Shown: piece after piece, positions 24,501 through 36,500 of the stretch | Numbering within the stretch: the stretch's first letter is position 1 | How the letters are laid out: each line of letters opens with the position of its first letter | Source of the DNA: Lama guanicoe | Lineage: Eukaryota | Reading direction: 5' to 3' | DNA: 64,000 nt | Assembly (NCBI GenBank): GCA_013239625.1 | Contig: MU054187.1 | Location: forward strand, 13,486,974-13,550,973 | Notes under the pieces: generated by a model | Database searches by the model: none | What the model saw: the letters and a program-made list of their open reading frames with translations, nothing else | What the model was told of the DNA's origin: nothing | Position numbers and translations under genes: made by a program

Positions 24501-27500
24501 ATGGGTGAGGCTCTGGGAGGAACTCCATGTAGGAATTCATGGCTCAGTAGAATTAGGTGAGGGGGCTTTCAACTCCATTCTGCTGAATCCAAATTAAAGC
24601 AGCTTATATTCACTCACTCTCTCACTATTTGTGAGATACTTAGTACCTGTCTATGCTGACCCAGCCTCGTGCACGCTGCAGCCAGAGAGAAAAAGCCAGT
24701 CTCTGCTCTCAAGGAGCTCAAAGTCAAGTAAACGCCACTGGACAAGGGCTCTGGATGCCCCAGTACTTAGAACAGTGTGTGGGACACATGGTAGGTACAC
24801 AGAATAGCTGCTGAATGAATGAACAGTGAAAGAGTATCTTCTCAGGTGTGCACACTAGCACTGAGAACCAGAGTCAGCAAGTAGGTTTTATTTGGCAGTA
24901 TAATTTTTTTTTAATTTTTAATTTGGGATTTCAAAATTGTAGAATAGATAAACAATACTGTAGAGCTACAGTCATCAAGACAGCATGGTATTGGTACCAA
25001 ACCAGACCAATGGAACAGAATAGAGAGCCCAGAAATGAACCCACAAACTTTTGGTCAACTCATCTTCGACAAAGGAGGCAAGAATATACAATGGAATAAA
25101 GACAGTGTCTTCAGCAAATGGTGTTGGGAAAACTGGACAGCAGCATGTAAAACAATGAAGCTAGAACACACCCTTACACCATATACAAAAATCAACTCAA
25201 AATGGATTAAAGACTTAAACATAAGACAAGATACAATAAACCTCCTAGAGGAAAACATAGGCAAAACATTATCTGACATACATTTCAAAAATTTTCTCCT
25301 AGAAGAAATAAAAGCAAGAATAAACAAATGGGACCTAATGAAACTTACAAGCTTCTGCACAGCAAAGGAAACCAGAAGTAAAACAAGAAGAAAATCTACG
25401 GAAGGGGAGAAAATTTTTGCAAGTGAAACCAACAAAGGCTTGATCTCCAGAATATATAAGCAGCTCATACGACTCAATAAGAAAAAAATAAACAACCCAA
25501 TCCAAAAATGGGCAGAAGACCTAAACAAGCAACTCTCCAAGGAAGACATACAAATGATCAAAAAGCACATGAAAAAATGCTCAATATCACTAATTATCAG
25601 AGAAATGCAAATCAAAACTACAATGAGGTATCACCTCACACCAGTCAGAATGGCCGTCATTCAAAAATCCAAAAATGACAAATGCTGGAGAGGCTGTGGA
25701 GAAAGGGGAACCCTCCTACACTGCTGGTGGGAATGCAGTTTGGTGCAGCCACTATGGAAAACAGTGTGGAGATTCCTCAAAAGACTAGGAATAGACTTAC
25801 CATATGACCCAGGAATCCCACTCCTGGGCTTGTATCCAGAAGGAAATCTACTTCAGGATGACACCTGCACCCCAATGTTCATAGCAGCACTATTTACAAT
25901 AGCCAAAACATGGAAACAGCCTAAATGTCCATCAACAGGTGACTGGATAAAGAAGATGTGGTATATTTATACAATGGAATACTACTCAGCCATAAAAACC
26001 GACAACATAATGCCATTTGCAGCAACATGGATGCTCCTAGAGAATGTCATTCTAAGTGAAGTAAGCCAGAAAGAGAAAGAAAAATACCATATGAGATCGC
26101 TCATATGTGGAATCTAAAAAACAAAAACAAACAAACAAACAAAAACAAAGCATAAATACAGGACAGAAATAGACTCATGGACAGAGAATACAGACTTGTG
26201 GTTACCAGGGGGGTAGAGGGTGGGAAGGGATAGACTGGGATTTCAAAATTGTAGAATAGATAAACAAGATTACACTGTATAGCACAGGGAAATATACACA
26301 AAATGTTACGATAAATCACAGAGAAAAAATATGACAATGAGTGTGTATCTGTCCATGAATGACTGAAAAATTGTGCTGAACACTGGAATTTGACACAACA
26401 TTGTAAAATGATTATAAATCAATAAAAAATGTTTAAAAAAATTTTTTTAATTTGCAAAACATGAGATGGGCATTCTCTCTGGTTTATATCAGTCCCCATG
26501 AAAACCTACTGCCTCATAACTGCTGCTTTACACACTTAAACTGCTTGCCTGGGCTCTGGAGATATCTGAGCTTGTGAGTTACAGGATGCGTCAGTTATTA
26601 ATGTTTAACCATAGTTAACGTTTATTAGATGCTTATCAGGTGCCAAGCGCTATTTTAGGTGCTTCGTTTTAGCTCATTTCATCCTCACGACAACCTAGGA
26701 AAGGTTCTATTATCTTTCTGTGATTTGCATCCTCAAAACTATGAAAACACAAGGAAGGGGCACCTGATTCAGGCTAGGGTGAGGGGGTGAGAGGAGCTGC
26801 TTAAGAAAGTGTTCCCAGGAGAGATGATTCTGGAGCTGAGCATTGAAAGTTTATAAAGAGTTAACCCAAGATAGGAGGGCTTTCCATAAAAAAGATCAGC
26901 CTGTGCAGAGCCCAGGACGCAGGAAGGAAGGCCTGGCACCCTCGATGAATGCACACATCTGGGTAAATCCTGCTAATGGTGGGGAGTTGGGTAAGATCTG
27001 GGTAGGAGCCAGATCATGAGAACGCTTGTGTGTTATGATGATGGGTTTAGACTGGATTGAAGCCTTTGAAGAGTCATAAAAATTTTTTTTGAAAGAGCCA
27101 TTGATGGGCCCAGCTTTTCATTATCAAAACATCACTGTGGTGACAATCTGCGGGAAGGACTGGACAGGGAAGTGAGACGAGATAGAGAGACTCTTGGGTG
27201 CCCGGCAGCAGTGTTGAGGAAATGCCATGAGGGTGCAGGACTGCAGAAGTGGCTGTGAGAGGCAAACAGTTCTTGGAAGAAATGAGGAAGAGGGGTGGTG
27301 ATCTGCAACATCTTCCAGTGATCTGAGGCAGGTGACTAGAGATGCTACTGAGAAGCAGTAGCAGAATTTGAAGGGAAAACACTGTCAATCTTGGCTCTGT
27401 TGGCTTTGATTTCCCTCTGGGATATGCAGGTGGAGATGCACCTTGGGTGCTGGATTTGTGAGCTTGAGTCTGGCCCCAACCTGTACTTCTACCAGGCCAA

Positions 27501-30500
27501 ATTCTCCTCTAGATAATTATCTCCCTGAGCATACACAATTCTGAGAAGGATGTGGACTTTATCTCATTCTTTATTATTCTTAGTGCCATCCTTTGTTTTT
27601 CTAGGCCACAGAAAGAAAATTCTGAAGTTACATCAAATATGTGAATCAAAACATTAAGTAGTCTGTATTATTAATTTTTTTCTTTTGAGAAACACTGCCC
27701 AGCAAGATCTCTACTACACAGTCAGACGTGGGAAAATGTGTACTGAATGCGTGTCTGCACAACCAGGTAACTAAGGGAGACCCTGCACTATGGTGCTGGC
27801 GAAGGCTCTGCACAGACCTGGAGTTGGGATGTACTTCTGCCTGCATCCGCCAGGATGCTCACGGCTAGAGCAGGCTCTCTGGGGAAGGGAACGCTTGTGT
27901 CTGCAAGGGCATCCTGCCTCTTGACTGGCTTAGAGGTGGCAGCTGAATGTGGCAGATGCCCTCTGCATGAGCCACTCTTCCCCACTTGAATTTCTGGAGG
28001 GTCAGTGAGAAATTTGAGGGCAGAGATGAGGTCTTAATCCTTCACTCCATGTCTGCCTAACCTTTGACCCCCACCCCAACCCCAAAGCAGCACACACCAT
28101 TATCATTATGACATCATGCTACATACTTCTTTGTTTACTACTCAGCTTCATGACTCGTTTATAATCATGTCAGGACTGGATGTTGGACTGTTTTGTTCAC
28201 CACTGTTTCCTCAGGACCTGCATCAGTGTCCGGCATTTAGTAGACTCTGGATAAGTATTTGCCAAGTGAATGCATTTTGCCTCCCCTGACCTCTCACTGC
28301 CTGCCCTCCCCCTCCCCCAGGCACCAAATAAATGTTAAATGAATGAGTGAATTTTATGGTAGTCTCCTTTCCCCTTCACTAAGGAGGCTACAAATCCTTA
28401 TTGGTATTAATGCCCCAAGTGATCAACACACAGAAAATACAAGAATAAATTACTTACAAGTAAATTCATGAGGACAATTGGGACGAAAATGGTGAAAAAA
28501 ATAAGTTGTGCAAAGGACAGAATTGGATATGCCAGTTTATTTCTCAAAAACGGTTCTAGGAAGGCATCACGATAGCTGATATCTCCTAGCATCATGCTGA
28601 AGGTCTGCATTACAGAAAGCAGCGGAGAGCTGAAAGCATCCTGAGAAAAGACAGTCAGGTGAAGGTGAAATGCAAATTGTGTATAATAAAGAAATGTTTC
28701 CTGGAGAGGGAAATGATAAAAATCCTTTTTAAAATATATTTTTTAAGACAAAAGACTATAGCTACTGAAATACAGTAGTACGAACTGCTAATAAACTGGT
28801 AAAGTTATCAAAAAGAACTTTTCTGCACATGTAACAAATCATCAGGCACTAGACATAAACAGTGGAAAAAGCCCTTGAGTAAGACTAGACTTTTTTCTGT
28901 AATAGAAATCATGTAGATGCTATTATATCAGATAAAATATTCAAATAGTTATGTTATTATGAATTGTCTATTCCATTAAGATTTCTGTGTAACTATATTT
29001 TCCCAGTATTCATAGCAACAAAATCAACTACTCATGCAAATGCCTCACCTGTACACTCAAGAGGACATAAAAGCTGAGTCCAAAAGCCACAAAAAGGAAG
29101 GCAAACACGACTGTAGATTTCAACAGAGTTTTCATGATTACCTCCAACATCACGATAAAAATGCCACATTTTTCAAATCTAGGAATATTTTAAAAATTAA
29201 AATATTTAGTCACTTTTCTCTTCAAATTGTCTTTCACTCGGTGTCGGTATTTATCACGCACAAGGTAATAAATGTGAGACAATTACTTTCTCAGTTACTT
29301 TCCGAAAGAGGCATGAGAATTTATGAGTAGTCAACTCTTTATTTTCAAGCTGGTTGTCAAATTGCTGTTTCTTTTTTTTTTCCTTTATATGGAGGTTATC
29401 TTTAATGGTTTTACCACTTGACCATTAGACATTACTTCAGCTGAAATAGGAGAGGGAAAATCCTAGCTTCCCAATGTCAAAGCTAATGCTTCCAAAGGCT
29501 TGATGAAGGGTGTCAAGTGAGGTTGTGTGACGCATCAGGGGAGGATGGATTTGATGAGCTCATGTCTCCGAAGGCATCTGTTCCAGGGCACAGTCTCTGA
29601 TTTACATGGCCCTCCCCAGTGCTTTCTGAGGTTTCTCCTTTGCCCCCCAGCCACGGACATTGTGAAATGTTTAGGTAGATAGTAGGTGTGTCACTGCCAC
29701 AAACCTGTGCTTTTCCTTTGGCAAAGACAACTTGTTAAATGGAGGAAATGACATGATTTTAAAGCTGAAAATGAACTTCAGATTTCTCAGAAACTAAGTT
29801 CCCAGAGATGCCTATTAACTCACTAAGCTCACAGAGCCAAGGGAGTGGCAGTGCCTGAACCCATCTTGAAGCCTCTTGCCCTCCAAGCCACCGCACTTCC
29901 CACCATCCCAGGTCCTTTCCTAGGGGCTGGGCGCATCGCTGCAGCGTAGTGCTCATGATGCAGCATTGCAGACTGCACTGGGGGAGAAGATGGCCCTGGG
30001 AGATGGGAAGACCTCGGTAAGTTGCCTACATCTTGAGTTACGAGCTGAGATCTTTAGCCAGTCAATCAACTCAGGGCCTCAGTTTCTTTTGTACACCACG
30101 AGGAATAATATTTAGCCCTTACAATTGTAAAGATTATGCAAAATAACATTTCACTCGAGTTAGCGATTGCGGGAGGTAGTGGAGCTTAGTCCTTTTTACC
30201 CCCTCTAGGATTAGATTCTTCGGACTTACTTTTTCTCTTGTGTCATTTTTTCTTTCCGTCACTGTCACTTCATTTTGAGGCCTTTATTCTGAAGTACATG
30301 CTTACCAAACTACTTGGTAGAACAAGAGTAGCCTGTGCTTTCTTTCCCACTTACTCTCAACACTTAATCTAGATTTGTCTAGACAAGTGGCCCTTGACCC
30401 AGGGTGATTTTGTGGTCCAGAGGATATTTGGCAATATCGGTGGACACATTTTTTGTTGTCACCACTGGTATCTCATGGGCAGAGGTCAGGGATGCTGCTG

Positions 30501-33500
30501 AACATTCTACACTGCACAGGACAGCCTCCAACAACACACAATTCTCTGACCACAAATTTCCACAGTGCCAAGGTTGAGAAACCCTGGTCTACACTTTGAA
30601 CCCCAAACCTCCCTCCCCTTTTCCTTAATAGACTATAAAAGATATCTCCAGTCTAAAACAATTGGCAAAGAAATAAGCCACTTATAAATTTATGGTACTT
30701 TTATGAATTATTGTTTTGATATTAAACCTGCCTAAAGGATGTAGAAGCCATTCAAGCTGGTTTTACCTCTGAAGATAGAATAAGAAGTTGATCCAGTAGA
30801 AGTGTACGGCGATGGCTCCACATTGCCACTGCACATAGGCTGGTATATCAATGAACAGGGGTGACACAAAAATGATGCTTGTTGTGTAGATAACCCATTC
30901 AAGTGCATTCTTATTATCCAAAAAGTAATTCCTTTTCTGGGTTGAAAAGAATGAAGAATTACCACATGTAAAGACAGAGACCTGGTATCTTATAGACGGT
31001 TTTATATAGATGCAGCCAGTAACAATAGTTGTCTGGCATTGCAGCTGGAGAGAGGTTTAGGACGAAGGAGCCAGCTCCTGTCATCCTGGACTTAACTCAG
31101 AGCCTTGGGCACAGATCAGTGTTAGGATGCCCCAGCCTCTTCTGTGCACCTGGCACTTTGGGTGTCTGATGCCTAAAGAAATTCTACAAGTTTCTAGGCT
31201 TTCTCCAGAGTTCACTCCATCTTAACTCCTGGGGGGCTGCAAAATTGGTTCAGTAATTCCCCTCTGCCTATATAAGGACATGCAGGTGAACTTCTCAGGA
31301 TATAAATGAACTAAAGCTGTATCTATGGAGATTTGGGAACCTGTCCTAAGACCTTAATTACCACGATGATTTGGTGTCATTTCCTAGTCTTAAATATTTC
31401 ATGTTTTGGACATCAACTTTCCTGTAGAGTAAACCACTTAAATCTCAGTAAGAAAATGGTGAGACTAAGTCCAATAGAGAAATAATATATAACTTTATAG
31501 TTCAACATAGACTATAATCTGTAACTCTCATCCTTAAAAAATAAAAATAATGACAAGAGAGATTAAATACTATGCCTTAAACCATTTAAGGTACAATAGA
31601 ACAATGTAGTTGAACTCCCAGAATTGTGACAATTTACTAACAGTATATATAGATGTATAAGTACTTGCAATGTCTAATATGAAACAAGTGCAAAACACTG
31701 TCATATCATCAACATTCTCTAAATATCCTTGTGTTCAAATCATGTAAGAAAGTAAGCGAGGTGTTGTGTAAAAGGTATATAACTTATCAAAAATAATATT
31801 CACAGAAAATATACCAAAAAGTGAATAATAAAAAAGACTTTAAACCTCCACACTGAGAAGTAAAGGATTGATGCCATTTATCAACCAAAACAAGTACCTG
31901 CAGATAATTTAAATAATTCTGGGGTCTGATCTGAACTTGCTTCATGCATTTAAAAACACAGAGTATGAAGAAAAATTGTGCTGTAAAAAGTTTCCCACCT
32001 TTATTATAATGGGAAGTTTTATCCAATAAAAAAAAAACATTCCTGTTAGGAAAGGAATTCAAAGAAAGACCCATTTGAAATAGAGTCTTGGGCCAACTAT
32101 GGTCTTTATCAACAGTCACATTCAAAATTATCAAATTTAAAACCTAACAATTGTGTTACCAAAATATTAAACCAATATCAGAGAAGACACAGCAAAGTAA
32201 TAAGTTCATCTGTAGCTAGGCAGACCCACATGGACTAGTAGAACTGGAGCATCTTTGCTTCAGGTGAGTCAGGCAATTAATTTATGTCCTGCGTATTAAA
32301 ATCGTTGCAACTTTAGATACACAAAATGTATCGTGTACCTGCTGAAAAATTTGAGCCACTTCTTTGCAATATCCAAATATACTTGATAGTAAAACCAAAA
32401 TCATGCAAACTTTTATAGTATATGAATTCTGAAACATAAAAGTGAAAGACAGTTATGAGGGATATAAAATAGAACGACGTTTAGTCTTCATTGTAATCTC
32501 CACTATTAAATATTTCTATTGTTTTTCTTCTTCACTGCAAGTACTGTTCATTTTGGCTTTACACAGAAAATGACTGTGATGTCAACATGACACATACTCA
32601 TTTCATAATGTCCTTATTAAGAGAGGTTCAAAAACTGCCAATTGAATTCTAAAGGAATAAGAATCTGTAGACCTATGTAATTTTTTTTTTTACTGTGGTA
32701 AAATACATATAACATAAAATTTACCATTTAAAAAATTTCACATTTTACACGTGCATTTACATTTTAAAATCTTCAATTCTGTGGCATTAAGCATATTCAC
32801 AATGTTACGCAGCCATCACTACTGTCTAGTTCTGTAACTTTTTCCTCACCCCCAAATGGAAGCCTCTCCCCACTGAGCCCTTTCCCCACAACTCTGGCAG
32901 CCAGAAATCTACTTTCTTGTCAACCTGTTTTAAAGTTTTATCCTTCAGCATTCAAGCTAGCTTCTCCTACATGTCAATTCAACTATACTTCAACTTTTAA
33001 AATATTTTTTTAAAAAATCACCAAAATTGATGCAGAAATTCACTCGGTTATTAAATATTTGCAACAAAGAAAAATTTTAAATTTGTTTACAAACTCATTT
33101 ATTGACTTATATATTAATATTCCCCTTCATTCCACAAAAGACTTTAGGAGAAATTGGTACCATACATGATTTCTATAGGCTATTTATAATAATAATCAAA
33201 GTCTCAATATTTCAATTTTATTATGAGGTTAATATTCTTAAGGGAAAAAAGCACTTTGATAATCCTTTATTTTAAAAAGATGAAATATAAAAACCAATTG
33301 AAAATACCTTGGTGTCTAATATTTCTGAATGATCGCTAGTTTCATTGATGATGCCGGTTGAGTTGAAAGCCATACCTGGTCTTATATTGACAACTAGAAA
33401 GGTCATAGGCAAGAGCCCAAGGCAGTAAGATCCTAGGTTCATAACGTGGGCTCTAAACCCGTAAGCCAACCTATGAAAAATAAGCAAAGCATAATTAAGT

Positions 33501-36500
33501 AATTTTAATGAGAAACATTTACTCAAGGTACCTGCAGAAACAATAGTTATAACCTCTCTCAGAAATCTGTCTGTTAAATTCACTAAACTTTAAAATCAAG
33601 AAAATCTTGGTATTCACCTTTTTCTTTTCCAGAAAAGGAATGGCAGCTTCCCAGGAAATCATAACTTACTTAAAATCTCTCACCAATTAATGTAAGAGAC
33701 TTTAGCTCATAGCTTCTGACTCCAAGTTGAATGTTCCTCCCAGGAACACACTTGTCACTTCCCTGTCCACTAAACTCCTCGTGTTTTATATAACAATTTC
33801 CCCACCCACCAAATATTTCATTTAATGCCAAAGATAAATAATAGCAACATTTTTAATACCAAATTTTGCCTTTGACAAGTTTCTTCTTCAAAGTCTAAAA
33901 CATTAATTAATAAAATATTAAACATTAAAATACCATTAAAGCATAATTATTTAAAGATTTTAAAATAAATTTAATGAGAGCATCATTAAAAAGAAGTACT
34001 TCTTAATACCCACCATTTCATAAGTAAATATTCTTTACACACAGGATGGTTGAGCAGCTCTGTGCGGTTATGTTGAACCATTACCTGAGAAATAAGAAAA
34101 GCTAAATAAAAGTACAACCTCATTAAACTACTGAGTATAAACTAAGCTTTTTGTTTGGACCCATCAGAGCTTATAACTTTATTTTGATACTATAAAAGCA
34201 ACACCTGTTTACTTTAGAAAATTTGAAAAATCAAAAATTATATCAAGAATATGTATTTATTAAAACATAAGATAGAGATAACCATTATACAGATGCAGAT
34301 ATTTGATTGTTCATCTCTTTCAATTTCTCACTAGTTGAGATAGCATAAGCTTTTTAAATCTTATACGAAGTTATAACTCAAAAGGACATTAAAGACAAAT
34401 AAACAATAACTACACCCTTGTTCTTTCCTTAAAGAATCTCAGGCTCATCTTTCTAGAAGGAGTTTAAATAGCAGAATACACACAATTCAGAGTCAAATTA
34501 GCCTACAGATTGTAAATTTTCATGAGTTATTGGAAAGTACCATTATCTATTTCAAAATTCATTTTTAATTATTCAAGAAATACATAGAGGAAGTGAAGTC
34601 AACAAGAAGTGGACTAGGAGGCCCCAGATCTTCCTTCGCCCCATAGAGACAGAAGGCGTCAACATGACAGCAATACAAGGACCAGCTGCCTTTGTGAGAA
34701 GTCTAGAAGCCAGTTAAGAGGTGCTTGCACCCCGGGTGAGCCTGTAGCCAAGAAGAACCACATCAAAGACAGTAAGAAAATTCATGGCATTTACTCGCTG
34801 TAACTTGTCCCCCAGCACAGAGCAGTGAGATCAAGAGAAAACTTCCAACTCCTGGCTTCTCTGAGGAGGGAGAGAGTGGAACACACGTCCAATGTCCTCT
34901 TAACTTTTTGGGGAACTGCCTGAAGGGACTGATTTCTGTCTTGCTTGAATCTAAACCCTGACAGATCCAGAGAGGCTTTCAGACTTCTGTGCACAATAAT
35001 TTCTTAGACCAGACTAGCCATCGCTCCAGAAGAACCCCACTCTGCTCTCTTAAAACTAAGGCCAGGTTTGCTATATTAAGACAGATGTTGTGAAGGCGCT
35101 GTTCAGTCGCGTGCTGATAGGGCACTCAGTGAGTGTGATGTATTTATTCAAGCGAGCCTGTTTCATATATTATGTCACATCATATCATAGATTATTAGTC
35201 TATAGCATATAGAGTCTATTTCTTTTTAAAAGCTACAAAGATTTTATTTCTTCCTGTTTTCATTCTGGCAGTAGAGATCGTGAACTCTTTCTGATGGAAG
35301 TATGACCTATTCTGTAAATTACAATGACGAAAACCCCACATACTTACACAAAAATTCTCTTAGTGTAACTGTAGTGTAGTTACTCTTAGGTCACTTAGCT
35401 ATTGAATCTGAACTGTAATAACAACTGAAAAACCTAACATTCTCCAGCAGAGCTAGGATGCTTTGCATACAGCAGAAGTGAGAGTCTGTTGCCATCGCCA
35501 GCCTATGGGCATAAAATCCACCTAACTTTCATACTCCAAGCACTTTAGATTTCACTTTACGTGATGGTTGGTCCTATGGTCTGTACCAAAGGCTTCCATG
35601 TAGGGAAGTGAATTCATTTAAGGTGAATGAAAATTCTTAATTGGTCTAGACCAGTGCTGTCGGATGGAATTTTCTCCAGTGATGGAAATGTCCTCTATCT
35701 GTGCTATTCAATATGAGAGCCACAAACCACATAGGCTCCTGAGTGCTTGAAATGTGGCTCTTGCAAATAAAAGAAATGGATTTTTAACTTTATTTAATTT
35801 TAATTAATTTTGATGTAAGAGGTCACCTGTGGCTCAGGTATCATATTAGACAGAGCAGATCTAGATCATAGACCACAGCTTGCAAATCCAACCTTCAAGT
35901 ATGTTTTCTTTTGCATGCACGTGATTTTATGTATTGCCAATATTTACACAGGCCTGGGCTGCTGTTCCACATGGCAAAGCTTTGTTGAAATGTGTAGCTG
36001 CTGTCCTCTTAGAGCCCACTTGTCTGGTACCTATTTCTTCTGCAGTTTTTTGAGTTTGAGGCCCTCAGTTTAGACTAAAGTTGGTCATTTCCATGGCTTT
36101 CACTGCCTCATCTGCTAGAAATGTAAAAGCATTCTTAAAGAACTGGTTTGGTGCAAGTCTCTTGGGAAATTTGGGTCCAAGCTGTGCGTTCAAGGCCTGT
36201 TTTCAGATTGAGTTCATGCTTCCAGAAGGATCTAAGAGCTTCTGAAAGGTCAGAGTTTAATGTGGAGCTCAGTGCTTGCTGGAACTTAGAAGTTATGACT
36301 GTACCATGTCACCCCCTGCATTTTCCTGTGGTTTAGACTGTTGGAAACTCTACAACATGGATACTTAATTTAGGGGGTGGAGGTGGGAGCACACACTGAT
36401 GATTAGCCTGTGTTGTCCATGGTATATGGGATTCTGGGTTGGGCAAGTTTTGCAATGACTATTAATTAGGATTAAAGTGATCAACAGTGTGGGACTTTAA

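Noticed and set aside
25035..26117. 360-aa ORF as a host gene
   Set aside because: It is the C-terminal part of LINE-1 ORF2. The antisense 186-aa ORF is its usual shadow.
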